Assembly (NCBI GenBank): GCA_951406725.2
Contig: OX597840.1
Location: 37,262,001 to 37,326,000 of the forward strand
Reading direction: 5' to 3'
Length of the DNA: 64,000 nucleotides
From: Octopus vulgaris
Lineage: Eukaryota
The position numbers and the translations under genes are program-made. Of the stretch, positions 41,135-53,804 are shown piece after piece. A model generated the notes under the pieces. It was not told the DNA's origin and searched no databases. It saw only the letters and a program-made list of their open reading frames with translations. The first letter of the stretch is position 1; every line of letters starts with the position of its first letter.

Positions 41135-41227
41135 GTGTGTGTGTGTATGTGTGTGTTTATTCCCCCAACATCGCTTGACAACCGATGCTGGTGTGTTTAC
41201 GTACCCGTAGCTTAGCGGTTCGGCAAA
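40943..41227 (+). mobile_element. SINE family C, 3'-truncated
   Basis: gcaggagtggctgtgtggtaa...ggttcagtcccactgcgtggcaccttgggcaag...; reverse-complement match to 47901-48321. Confidence 0.9.
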
Positions 41228-41253
41228 TATATATATATATATATAATATATAT

Positions 41254-41640
41254 GGTCGCCGCTCAAACTTCCTCAAGGAATGTGAAGATGAATGCTGGAG
41301 AGCGGAGCATTTTCCAATCGAAGTCGGATATAGAGGGATTGTTGGACAATATGTGAGACGACTGTTGTTATCGCTGGGCATAACTCATCGTAAATTCAAT
41401 ACCACCATGACCGATATTGAAACTACAGTGAAAAAGGCTAACCAATGAATTTGGTTAAAAAGAGACAATGAGCGATGGCGAGAAGAATATTGAGCTTTAT
41501 TTGATAATCAGTTGATCTAGCAAGCGGGGGCCCTCATATGTGTGATGGGTGCAGGGGCAGTGCGCATAGATGCCGTCGAGAGGTAGGCTCCGAAACGACG
41601 CGCATTCTCTCCTGATGACCCCATACACTTACTAGTTTCC
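41254..41640 (+). mobile_element. 5'-truncated Hero-clade (RLE) non-LTR retrotransposon: ORF end and 3' UTR
   Basis: ECEDECWRAEHFPIEVGYRGIVG...LLSLGI...KANQ*IWLKRDNERW matches the W..PxEVGxRG...LG...WIWxKR C-terminus. Terminal stop at 41491-41493. Confidence 0.8.
41549..41628 (+). ncRNA. Hammerhead-like ribozyme core in non-canonical strand order
   Basis: GTC (41575-77) then GAGAG; GAAAC (41592-96); CTCTC then CTGATGA (41607-18). Stems I and III can pair; no canonical stem II. Confidence 0.45.
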
Positions 41641-43281
41641 GGTATGCGGATCTTTCGACTGGTAGCACTTGCATGTACAAGTTGTTTGCAAAACATACAT
41701 GTGTCAGTTCATACATATGTCCCATTTCAATCAGTCCGTATATCAGATCGCCGGTGACTAATCGACCACGCTAGTAAGCTTATGTAGCGAGGTTTTCATT
41801 AGATATCCTGAATGGGATATAAAAAAACATTCACATAGTCTAGTTCTCCTATTCTGTCAATGACTTATCTTGTTTAGACAATAGGATTGGTTTAATTCAA
41901 GGGCTGTTCTTACTTCAAAATGTTAAACTGTAGACAGAGGTTGAGTTTTAACATCCCAGTTATGTTTTACATATCACGCCTGGCCGTAGCCGAGGAAGAC
42001 ACACTAATTTAAAATTCAGTGCTACAGTTAAGGCATGTGTAAGCGTGGGTGGAAACAAAAGGCAAAACAAAATGTGCGTAGATCCCTAGAGGACTGAAAA
42101 TCGATATCTGTGCTTCTCCTGCTTTAGACAATAGACACGCAACGGCATTCCACCGATAAGTCTTTTTTTTTTTACATCAAACAGAAGACTAGGTTTTTTT
42201 TTAACGTGTTAGACTTTGTTTCTGATGGCAAAAATTTAATATTAGTTTGTTGTTATTACTGTATTCTTGCTTGGTCAACATTCCAAGCCTTACCAAAACA
42301 AAATATGGGACAACGGATATCTGCTTTATATTTTCTAACCTTTGCGACACTTTTGAATTCGAGATATTTAACGACGATTGCCTTAAGAATATAGGGTTAC
42401 GCTGATTCATAATTCTATTTCTTTATACTCCGTCGAGTTTTTATTGTTTCACGAAATTCCACATGTTTCCTATTTCTCTTCAGATCAGGATAAATGAAGG
42501 ATAAATGTGTATTTTAACTCCAGTTTATTGATCTTCCCAAAGAATACTTCAGCATAGAATAGACGAGTTCGAATTCTTTCGTCTCCCATACAAACTAAAG
42601 ATTCTTTCCTACCTCAGGCCGCTATGAGTGTGTCCGTGCATGTGTATCACTGTGCATATGTGTATATGTGTGTGTGTGCGTGCGTGTGTTGCAGTAATTT
42701 ATATTGAATTTCTCATCATCGATGTATATTTTCCCTCTATTAATCTTATGTTGTCTGTCTTCCTTATTTGCTTGTTATTGGCTAAGTAAACATTTACTTA
42801 ACCGATAGACGTATTGATACGTGTTGATATATAAAAGATATTAAGACCAAAGATAAATAGGGAAGTGTGACAGAGAAAGAGAGAAATAGGGAAAGACATA
42901 GATTGGTTAGAGACGAGGAGAGAGAGAAAGATAAAGAGAGCGTCGTTAATGAGAGAGGGGAAAAGAAAGAGGCCGTCGTTCATATTTTAAACAAATTTAA
43001 TGGATTGATGACTTGGAATTATATTCGAATTATTGTCTACTCTGTTAAATCAATATTTCCTCTTAAGAAAGGCAAAGACCAAAACCAGAACACACCTAAC
43101 CGCACCACAACGGTTCCTAGATTAAAGGAATCATCTGGGGAAAATGTAAGGGAATTACTAGACAACTGGTGCTAAAGAATGCAAAGACCCGGACTTCAAA
43201 GTTACACAATATTTAATGATAAATATACTACTGTTTTAAATAAAAAGAAAATTAAAGACGAGGTTCTCTCTCTCTCTCTCT

Positions 43282-43324
<43 letters not shown>

Positions 43325-43337
43325 AGAGAGAGAGAGA

Positions 43338-43489
43338 GAGAGAGAGAGTGGTTGTATACAGTCAACTTAACATGACAGTACTGTAAGGGAATTACACCAC
43401 CGCTGTTTAGCCCTAGGAAGCATCGATGCTTCCTAGGGCTAAACAGGACTGTCACGTAAAGTTGACAGTATACAACCACTCTCTCTCTC
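43338..43489. repeat. Foldback element with a perfect 44-bp central palindrome (43403-43446)
   Basis: ctgtttagccctaggaagcatc|gatgcttcctagggctaaacag. Outer arms gagagtggttgtatacagtcaact / agttgacagtatacaaccactctc. Confidence 0.9.
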
Positions 43490-43537
43490 TACCACCGTAC
43501 ATATCTCTATGAGATATTTAGAAATTTAATATTTCTG

Positions 43538-43582
<45 letters not shown>

Positions 43583-43774
43583 ATAAAGTATCACTATCTG
43601 TTTCAGTATTGATGTTTGGTGTAATGAGAACTCTTGCAGTCTTTTATTTATGCACAGTCTGACTGTCATATATATTATATATAGAGAAAGGTGGGGATAG
43701 ATAAATATACTGGAAGGCCGAACGATAGAAATAAATTAAAGCAGAAATGAAATGGCAAACAATTAATTTAGTTG

Positions 43775-43835
<61 letters not shown>

Positions 43836-46636
43836 CTTCAAGCGTATCCAGGTTATAAGAAGATTGCTTTCCATCCACATGATTCCTGGTTCAGTCCCAT
43901 TGCGTTGCACCCTGGTCAACTGTCACCTGCTAAAGCTCCTGGCCGATGAAGGTCTAGTGAGTGGATTTGAGAGAGACTGTAAGAATCCCGTCTTATATAT
44001 TTATTTTTTGTACGAGAGTTTTATTTGATGCACAGTTGAGGGTGGGTGACGCAAATCCAGCTACATCCTGATGCTATAGCATAGAGTGAAACAAAACATG
44101 CGTTATGCTGATGGAAACGAGTTCATCATCACAATTCCTGATACCAGAAAATGGAAGGGGAGAAAGAGTTAGGAGAAAACACAACACTTCATTCTTTTGT
44201 ATTTCTATGGAGATCGACGATTTCACCCCGAGACAACAAGACTATTCTGAAGATATCTCATTGCTTGGACAGAAAACATAGCGGCTAATATGAGGGTGGT
44301 GAAAGATAGATATTCCATTTTCTAAAAATGTAGGATTGAGAGTCAACAGAGTTATTTTTGTGCAAAGTACTTCGAAAAACTGAAGAGGGGATGTGGTAAC
44401 ACAACTACAAAAATCACAAAAGCAGGGGGCCAAATAGATAACTGTTTGTAGAGCACAAATAATGGGAAATATAAAGGTTAGAAATTACACCAACATTTCC
44501 TTGGTGATATCGGTCAAATTAATCAATCATTCTCTACAACATCGCCAAATATTTTAAAGATTGTTGGGTAAGTGTGATCCGAGGTTATTATTTCTAATGA
44601 TTTAGCAATTACCCTATTTTAACCCTAATTTTTCGGGCTTAAAATTTGGGAAAAAAGTTTTGAAAAGGATTATGATACTATCCGTGTATAAGAAAGGCCG
44701 ATAATTTTTAAACATAATTCTTGACAAAAAAAATGTTCCTTATATACATTAAAATACGGTACATAGAGATTGTATCTTTGGTGCAACAGCAAAAATACGT
44801 TGCTGCTGCTGATGGTTGTTGCTGTTGTTGTTAAGCAACAAGAAGGGGTGAGGGTGATTGGGTGATGGTCTAGGGCTTAGGGGCGGGAGACCCCAGACCT
44901 TGGAAAAAAAAACTTTGGTCGTCTTGTTGTAGTCGAGAACTCTTCGTGGACGCCCGACACCACTGGGGGGTGGTCCTCGAAGTCGCTGGAAATGGAGATC
45001 TCCAGGACCAAATTCTTGAACGGCTGCTGCGAATGGTGATGGTGGTGGTGCGGGTGGGGGTGATGATAGTGGTAGCGGTGATGATGATGATGGTGTTGGT
45101 GGTGATGATAAAGATGGTGGTGGTGGTGGTGGTTGTGATAATGATGATGATGATTGTAATGGTACTGTTGTTAGTAGAGGTAGCGATATTGATGTCAAAG
45201 GGGAAGACGACGACGACGACGTTACAAATAACGCATTCAACAATCAGTAATCCAAGTTCTATGCGCAGCAAGCAGAGGCTGTGTAATTAATGGATGGTAA
45301 GTAGCTTAATTAGTAGAGGAGGGAAATAATTGTAATTGCTGCATATCCATCAAATTTAGTGAAAAGTTCCGACACCCGGTCAGAAGATAGCAAACATTAG
45401 TGAATATAAATTATAGCCATTGTTAAAACTGGAGCAGAATTGGATGAGGACGGACTCTGCATTACAAATATACTTCATTATAATTGGCATTCAATTATCT
45501 TTTTCTGTCGATGTGTGTGTGTGCGTGTGTGTGTATGTGTGTGTGCGTGGGTGTGTGTGTGTGTGTGTGTGTGGGTGTGTGGGTGTGTGTGTGTGTGTGT
45601 GTGTGTGTGCACATATATACTTACATAGAAACATACATACATATTCATCCTTATGCTTATATATATGTATATATTACTTACATATAAATATACATACATA
45701 CTTATGCTTATATATATATATATATGTTATGTGTGTGTATATACACATATATATATATATATTACTTACATACGAATATACATATATACTTATGTTTATA
45801 TATATATAGAGAGACACGTAGATATACATACACACATGTTGCATGCACACATATGTGTATATATATACACCCACACATATATGCATATATATCTATGCAT
45901 ACACATATATATACATACATAATTATATGAATGCGTTCATTTACACACACACACACACTCACGCATATAAATGCATAATGTGTGTGTGTGTGTGTGTGTG
46001 TGTATATGGGTGTACGCGCCTCCCTTACAGACCTAGATATTCCAGTATAAACAATTTGAAAATTGTGTTGGAAATTATTCGGGAAATGTGGTTTTGGTGT
46101 ATCCGTTTCTACAGACTTGCACATCGATAGTAAAAAGAGATTCGCCGCTAAATGTGCGTCTCTGCGAGTGAGTATGCATCTGTGTGTATACACACATAGG
46201 TACATTTACATATACGTGTGTATATATTTAAAATACATATATATTTATATATAGATAGATATATATACAGTGAGAGCCACGAATCAATTACTCTCTCGCC
46301 TACAATTAATCAACCGTCTTTTGCCCAGTCAGATGAAAAAAAAATATTTATTATGCATGAATAACTAATTTTCTATTGATATTTAAAAACCATTATGTCA
46401 GGCCGACATTAATTTACTAGTTTATTTAATTGATTTAATTAATTATTAATTTTGTTATTTAATTTAGCATCCGCATCTCCGACAACACATTCTAAACTTT
46501 CACCAGCGTCTGTTCCTTTTTCTGTCCTAACCTTCTGGACCCCTTTCAGTTTTTTCCTTTATTCTCCGCTTAACTCGCTCACTGTATGTGTGGGTGTGAC
46601 AGCGAATGTATGTTCGTGTATGTATGTATGTATATG

Positions 46637-46685
<49 letters not shown>

Positions 46686-47019
46686 GTATGTGTGTGTGTC
46701 TGGCTATAACAACGTACACACACGTATGTATATTCATATTCTTGGATAAATATATATGTATATATATGAATGTATAGAAATATTGAAGCAAACGTGAATA
46801 TATATTTGTAAATGTATATATATGTATACATATTCACACTGATAGATGTATCAAACAATATATATGCATACATAAGCATATCAAAATATATGAACACATG
46901 TATATAAATATATACATACACCTATGTACACTCATACATATACACGTAAAATGTATAAACCCATGTTTACGTATAATATACACACCCATGATATATAGAC
47001 GTATAATATATACTCAAAG

Positions 47020-47070
<51 letters not shown>

Positions 47071-47775
47071 CAGACCTACATATATACACCTATATATTAT
47101 TTATATATATATAGGCATAGATATTGCATCAACATATATACATATAAACACAGCTTTCCCTTTATTTCATTTTCTGTTTTTCCCTGCAAAAATATAGAAG
47201 TGAATAGCAATTAGACGCAATTACCATATTACAGTTACCGCGTATCATAGCATATTTCTCGTCAACTCAATATATCGTAATTATTTTTAAAATGTCTGCA
47301 TCATTTACTCCACCGCGCCCCCACCACACCGCCACCACCTCCTCCACTACCACCACCACGTCCACCTCCTCTTCCTCCGCCTCCTTACATCTCGTCTAAT
47401 AAACCACATTATAATTTATAGATTTCCGACATCGGTACAAGACACGGAATATGTGTCAAAAAATGTGTAGACCATTCAATCGATCTTTTAGTAATTGACT
47501 ACTGCAGAAATTGCTTGGTATATATTCCTCGTGCAAATTACTAAAGAGCGGAAACTCAACGTGGCATTGTATGCTGGAAATATGAGCCAAGCCATCCGCA
47601 TATTAATTACTATTGTTTTAATGGGTGAAGAATATATTTCTGAAAATATATTCAATAATAACACTCTTCAAGATGTTCCTTATATTATTCAAGGATGAAT
47701 TATCAGCTGTTTGATCTATTGAACTATCACTCTCTTTAATTGGATTGCTCGGATCAGCGTGGCTTCTGATTGACT

Positions 47776-47812
47776 CACTCACCTCTTACCTGCAAATGAA
47801 ATCGATCCAGAA
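47776..47812 (-). other. Weaker candidate recursive splice site (AG|GT at 47790/47789)
   Basis: Minus strand: gatttcatttgcAG|GTAAGag|GTGAGT; short pyrimidine tract. Confidence 0.25.
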
Positions 47813-47900
47813 TCTACCACACAGTTGCTAACTCACAATCTCTCACACACAAATTGACATGGATCACTTCAAGACTTTGGTGTGCTTCTATCGTTTGTCA

Positions 47901-48321
47901 TTTTACTCTTTTACTCTTTTACTTGTTTCAGTCATTTTGACTGCGGCCATGCTGGAGCACCACCTTTAGTCGAGCAAATCAACCCTGGGACTTATTCTTT
48001 GTAAGCCCAGTGCTTATTCTATCGGTCTCTTTTGCCGAACCGCTAAGTGACGGGGACGTAAACACACCAGCATCGGTTGCCAAGCAATGCTAGGGCGACA
48101 AACACAGACACACAAACACACTCACACAAACACACACATATATATATATACATATATACGAAAGGCTTCTTTCAGTTTCCGTCTACCAAATCCACTCACA
48201 AGGCATTGGTCGGCCCAGGGCTATAGCAGAAGACACTTGCCCAAGATGCTATGCAGTGGGACTGAACCCGGAACCATGTGGTTGGTTAGCAAGCTACTCA
48301 CCACACAGCCACTCCTGCGCC
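47901..48321 (-). mobile_element. tRNA-derived SINE, family C (full-length)
   Basis: tRNA-like head (ggcgcaggagtggctgtgtgg...ggttcagtccc), internal TA/TG tract, (gagtaaaa)-like tail repeat. Confidence 0.9.
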
Positions 48322-48744
48322 TATAGCTTTGCTTGTTTTTGTTACTGAACTCTAGTCATACTGGAGCAACACTTTGAAGATTCAACCAAGCAAAACGCAC
48401 CAAAGTTTTTATTTATCTTAAAGTCGTACAGAGTCTATGTAGAAAAACCGCTAAATTATGGAAACGTAAAGGGAAACCCATACGATCTGTGAAGCAGTAG
48501 CAGAGGGCCTGGAGCTGAGGACACAAAGATGAAATGAGACACACACATACAAGTGTAAATATATGCACATAGACAGACAGACACACATACACACGCACAT
48601 ATATATGATGGGCTGTTACAGAAGTTTTGTCTACGAATTTCACTAGCAAGGTATTTGCAGGTTCGAGCTTGTAGTAGGACTGAAATTGAAACCAACGGGT
48701 CTCGAAGCGAGCATCTTAAATATACAGCTGTAGTTGCCACTATA

Positions 48745-48925
48745 GTGGAATAAGCTGCCGGACGAGATAGTGAAGATGCCGACGACCGCTCGATTTAAAG
48801 TCTCCCTTGACCACAAGTGGCCTGAACTCTTTACATGAACACCACCCTGTACATAACTCCATGTCCCCCTACATAGCCTTGCTTTTTGCTTTTTGAGCCA
48901 AAAAATTAACTAACTAACTAACTAA
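48745..48925 (+). mobile_element. Extreme 3' end of a CR1-clade LINE with (TAAC)n tail
   Basis: WNKLPDEIVKMPTTARFKVSLDHKWPELFT* (cf. WNxLP...FK..LD), short 3' UTR, then taactaactaac. Confidence 0.85.
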
Positions 48926-49260
48926 AAGATAACACAGCACTAGCAGAACCCCGAAAGCATTAATTACACAATCAGGGGGCAATTACTACTTCCGAGGTTT
49001 TGCTAGCTATGAAACGTATGTAGACTGGATTTTATCTACTCCATTCCCTAAATTTGAATTTTTATTCGTCTACACAGCAATCCCAGCCACTAACCGAAAG
49101 GTATAAAACAATCTTTGCAGCTTATCGCGCTTTGCTGTAGGAAAAATCTTCAACTTTCTGCGTCAATAAACCACATTTGTTCCTGGAATTTGGTTTTATA
49201 CATTCCACGGACTGCTCGATGCTTACTAACTTCATACACTATGATTGTTGGATCTTATCG

Positions 49261-49304
<44 letters not shown>

Positions 49305-49383
49305 CAAAATGCAACCACATGTGAATCATTGGCAATTTTCTTTTCTCCGTCCTCCTTTTCTCTTCGACTTTCCCCCGTCTCCT

Positions 49384-49418
49384 GTTTCTGAAGAAGAACT
49401 TTGCTCGAAACGTAAAAC
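49384..49418 (+). ncRNA. Minimal type-I hammerhead ribozyme motif (Penelope-type)
   Basis: gttt-CTGAAGA-a-gaac(ttt)gctc-GAAA-c-GTA-aaac; core intact, one stem-II mismatch. Confidence 0.7.
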
Positions 49419-50942
49419 CACCTTTTTTCCTTCCCCGAGCGTCTTCTATTACTTTGCATGTACCATGTCCTCGCGTTGTTGTCTTTTCTTGTGTTTGCTC
49501 TTCGCTTTTATATATTTCCTCTTATATGTGTATATGTGTGAGTATTTATATAGTATATATTGTTTGTGTGTGTAATATATCTATAAGACTGTGAGCATTC
49601 TTGTACGAGTGTGTGTATTAACACCTATATTTAGCAATGGAACGACTGTGTTAGTTCCTCTCTATTATTCGTTTCCCTCCCTCACTATATCTCATTGACT
49701 ATCTAATCCTCGCCTGGTTTTAGTGTTTCTTCCCTCCTGCTCTAGATGTTCCTGGTTATCTCCCTTTCACACCTCCTTCGGTCTCAAAATTTCATAATTT
49801 GTCTCTCCTACCGTTTCGACATTATCGTATCCTCCACCATCCAGTCAGAAAAATAAAAAACCGTTTCGGTTTTTTTTAACAGAATACAGCAAAGAACCTA
49901 GCTGTTTAGGTTTGCTAAAGCTTACCGAAGTTGGTACTAAATTTGCACAAAGTACAAAAGACAGAAAAACTGAAAAAATAAATGCTGTGTATATTTATTT
50001 CCAACTCTGTTTCTGCAAAGATGATGATGATGATAATGGTGAGCCTGATCATGATAATGGTCGTGGTGCTGTTGCTGCTGCTGCTGCTGATGGTGGTGTT
50101 CATGATAGCGGTGATGTGGTGGTGCTGCTACAGTTGCTGACGATGATAATGAAGACGGTGGTGGTGGTGGCGGCGATGATGCTAATGACGATGGTAATGA
50201 TTATGATGATGAGAAGGTGGGTGATGATGATAGTGATGATGATGATCTGATATTAATGTTAATAACAAAAATGATGATGATGATGATGATTGCGTGTGGT
50301 CCTTGAAACACCGCACCAAAAGGCTACAATTCATAACGAAATAGCGTATGATACCTAGATTTATGCAAATTTCCATCTATTAGGTAATTGTGATCTTTTC
50401 ATTGCATCGATTATTCATAAGATGAAACAAAAGATTTCTACATCGCTAGCTCAGCTTTTGAAGCTAAAATATAAATTTATATCCTTTCTCTGCACGTAAT
50501 CTCCCACGACCAATGTTTTATAATTTTTGGTTTTCAGTCCTGTAGTGTTAGTTTCCCTCTGATATGTAAATTATGCTTTTGCCTTTCTCTCTCTCTCATC
50601 ATTTTTGCATCTTTTTCATCCTTGCATTTTCTTTGCATCCTGCTTCTTTACCCTTACAAACTTCTATAATTGCTCATCTACAACGTCGTCTACCAACTTA
50701 TATCTCCAAAACAAACCGCTAACGAAACAGGTTTCCACATTTCATTTCTTGCTTATTCCTGAAAATTCACATTTCTTATACATTCAATAATTTTTATATT
50801 TCTTATGAAAAAGGATCAACATCCGAAACGTACATTTACTTTCTCTTTCCAGCAACCTGATAAGCCTATATGTTATTCGATAAGACATTTCATTCATGTG
50901 TTTTATATATATAGTTCATTTCTACCATATGTGTGTATATAC

Positions 50943-50985
<43 letters not shown>

Positions 50986-51123
50986 CATATATATATATAC
51001 GTATGTATGTATGTATGTATGCATTATTTATAGTGAAAACTTGCAAAAAAAAAACAAAAGATGAAGTCAGATATGTAAACAACAAACAGATGTATTAGTT
51101 TAATGCTCGGGAAGTGAGAAAGG

Positions 51124-51159
51124 CTTTTACGTTTCGAGCCTTCGCTCTTTGTCAGAAAG
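51124..51159 (-). ncRNA. Minimal type-I hammerhead motif with G8 mutated
   Basis: Minus strand: cttt-CTGACAA-a-gagc(gaag)gctc-GAAA-c-GTA-aaag. Confidence 0.65.
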
Positions 51160-51720
51160 GAACACAGAAAAAACCAGGGAGAGAGAATAGAAAAGGTTTA
51201 GTGGCTAGCTATCATGGCGAAATTTGTGTATATATATATATATATGTATATATATCTGTATATATAAAAGGCAGGATGTATGTGTGTGTGCGTGAATGAA
51301 ATTTATGCACGTCCACAAATTAGCACTCATGTCGCTCCAATTTTAGGATATTCGTCATGACCCTAGCTGTATTTACGAGAACTTATTTGTCCCAGAGGCC
51401 CAGCGAATAGCGGAAAAAATAAATTTTCAACCAAAACTTTTAACAGAGTTTTTTAAGCGGTAGAGAGGGAGAAACACTGCTGGGAATACGCGCGCACACA
51501 CATACGTTGATACATATGTGTGTGTGTGTATGTCTCTTTCTCTGTGTGTGTGTATATGTATGTGTATATATATATACATAATTATACACGACAGGCTTCT
51601 TTCAGTTTCCATCTCCCAAGTCCACCAACTGGGCTTTACTCGTCTGAAAATAAACCTGGAACAATGGGATTGAACACGGAACCATGCGATGAGAAGCAAG
51701 GTTCTTGCCATACAGTCACT

Positions 51721-51755
<35 letters not shown>

Positions 51756-53584
51756 ACATATATATATATATGTTTGTGTGTGTATATATGTGTGTGTGTG
51801 TGTGTATGTGCGTGCGAAACAAGGATCGTATATATTTTTATGCAATCACGCATATTCATACGCACAATCACAAACACACACACATATATAATATATATAT
51901 ACATATACACACGAACAAAAATATGCCTGGATGTGCAAGTCATCTGTCTACATGCATATATATGTGTGTATGTGTGTGTATGTGTGTGGATTTTGTTTTT
52001 GCTTGATAGGTAGGTTCCTACGAACGAAAAATGTTTTAACGAACAAGGAACGAAAATAACCTTATTTGTTGCAGAATCTATAACTATTTTTACGAACTAT
52101 TTTAGCTTCTTTATTCATTCTTGTTATCCATTATTATCATTATTATTGTTATTTTTATTATTATTATTATTATTATTATTGCTATTACAAATTTGTTTTT
52201 GGTAACGTCAATACATGTTGCTATCAGTATAGCATAATCAAAACGCAGATCGATGTCTCGGAGAAATATACTTCCAATAAGATTAATAATAACAATAATA
52301 TAAAGAATCATGATGGAAAAGACATCATAAGAAAGACAACGCGAATACATTTTACAAAAGCAACAAAGATATCAAACAAAAAACATGATTAGCAACGGGA
52401 AGAAGTGCAGCAGCTAGGAGGAAAGTGCATGGATATCATTTTCTATGACTATATCTGATGCGATACGAAGTTTGTATACATGCAAGAAGAAATTATAAAG
52501 AAACACAAAAGAACGATGGGATGAAACGAAAATGAAAAAAAAAAAAAAAAACAAATAGAAAGAAATAGTGAAAATAAATCAAAATAGAAAAAGAGAAAAA
52601 AATATAAGAAAAACGTCAAAAGCTCTATAGAAAAGTAAGGAACCAATTTCGGTGAAATTCATTTTCTTCTTTTCTTGCGCAAGAAGACTATTTCTGGTTT
52701 TAATTCCAGAAAAAGATATTTACCCATGAAATCCATAAAAATAAGTAAATACACGTATATAATGAAAATATAACAAAGAAAAAAATATATATGAAACATA
52801 AAACATATATAAATAATTTTTAAAAAAAATTAACAAAAACACGAACACCAATGCTCACGACAATAAAAAACAAAAACAACTAATGTAGCATTAGTGAAAA
52901 AAAAATATACAAAAATGTTTTTTTACAAAGATGGTATCTGTCAATTGTAATTCTCATCAAAATCTCTGATCATTTTTTGACAGTCCAAAAAGGAAAATAA
53001 AAAGATTAAAAAGAAAACAATCTACAAACAAAAATATAAAACATAAAAAATACATAGACAAACAGCAACAAAGAAAAGTATCTAATGGAAACGGAGAGAA
53101 ACATTTTCTGAGATTTTCGTTGATTTTTCTTTTTTTCTCATTTTCTGTGCGCTGTTTTCTCCCTGTGTTACTTTTAGAGAGATATAGGGAGGGGGGGGAG
53201 TGGTTTGTGGGGGAATGTTTGGAAATTTGACTTTAGAAACTACTTTGAAATCTGCTAGTTTTTGACACAGCATGGCCACAACCAAGGAAAGCTGTTGCAG
53301 TTGATGTTGGTTGAAATATTTTTGTGGAGTGTAGTAAGACGGGATTTAAAAGACTTAAGATAAAAACATCCCGCCCACAATAATTGAGTTTACCTTATAA
53401 AACCGTATTATAAAGTCTGAAAGGCTCCCAATTCTTACCAAGGTAGATTACGGGTAACCTGTACACACGCACACACATATATATTTGAATAGGAATGTAT
53501 ATTTTGTGAAATGCATGAGAATATATGTCCATATACAGATATGAATGAATGTGTGTGTATATGTTTTCCTTTATTTATTTATTT

Positions 53585-53804
53585 ATTTACTGCCCACAGG
53601 GGGCTAAACACAGAGAGGACAAACAATGACAGACAGATGGATTAAGTCGATTATATCGACCCCAGTACGTAAATTGTACTTATTTAATCGACCCCGAAAG
53701 GCAAAGTCGACCTCGGCGGAATTTGAACTCAGAACGTAGCGGCAGACGAAATACTGCTAGGCATTTAGCCCAGAATGCTATCGTTTCTGCCAGCTCGCCG
53801 CCTT
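53585..53804 (-). mobile_element. SINE family B, well-preserved copy with an alternative tail
   Basis: aaggcggcgagctggcagaa head, gagttcaaattcc B-box, gtcgactttgcctttc centre. Confidence 0.9.
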
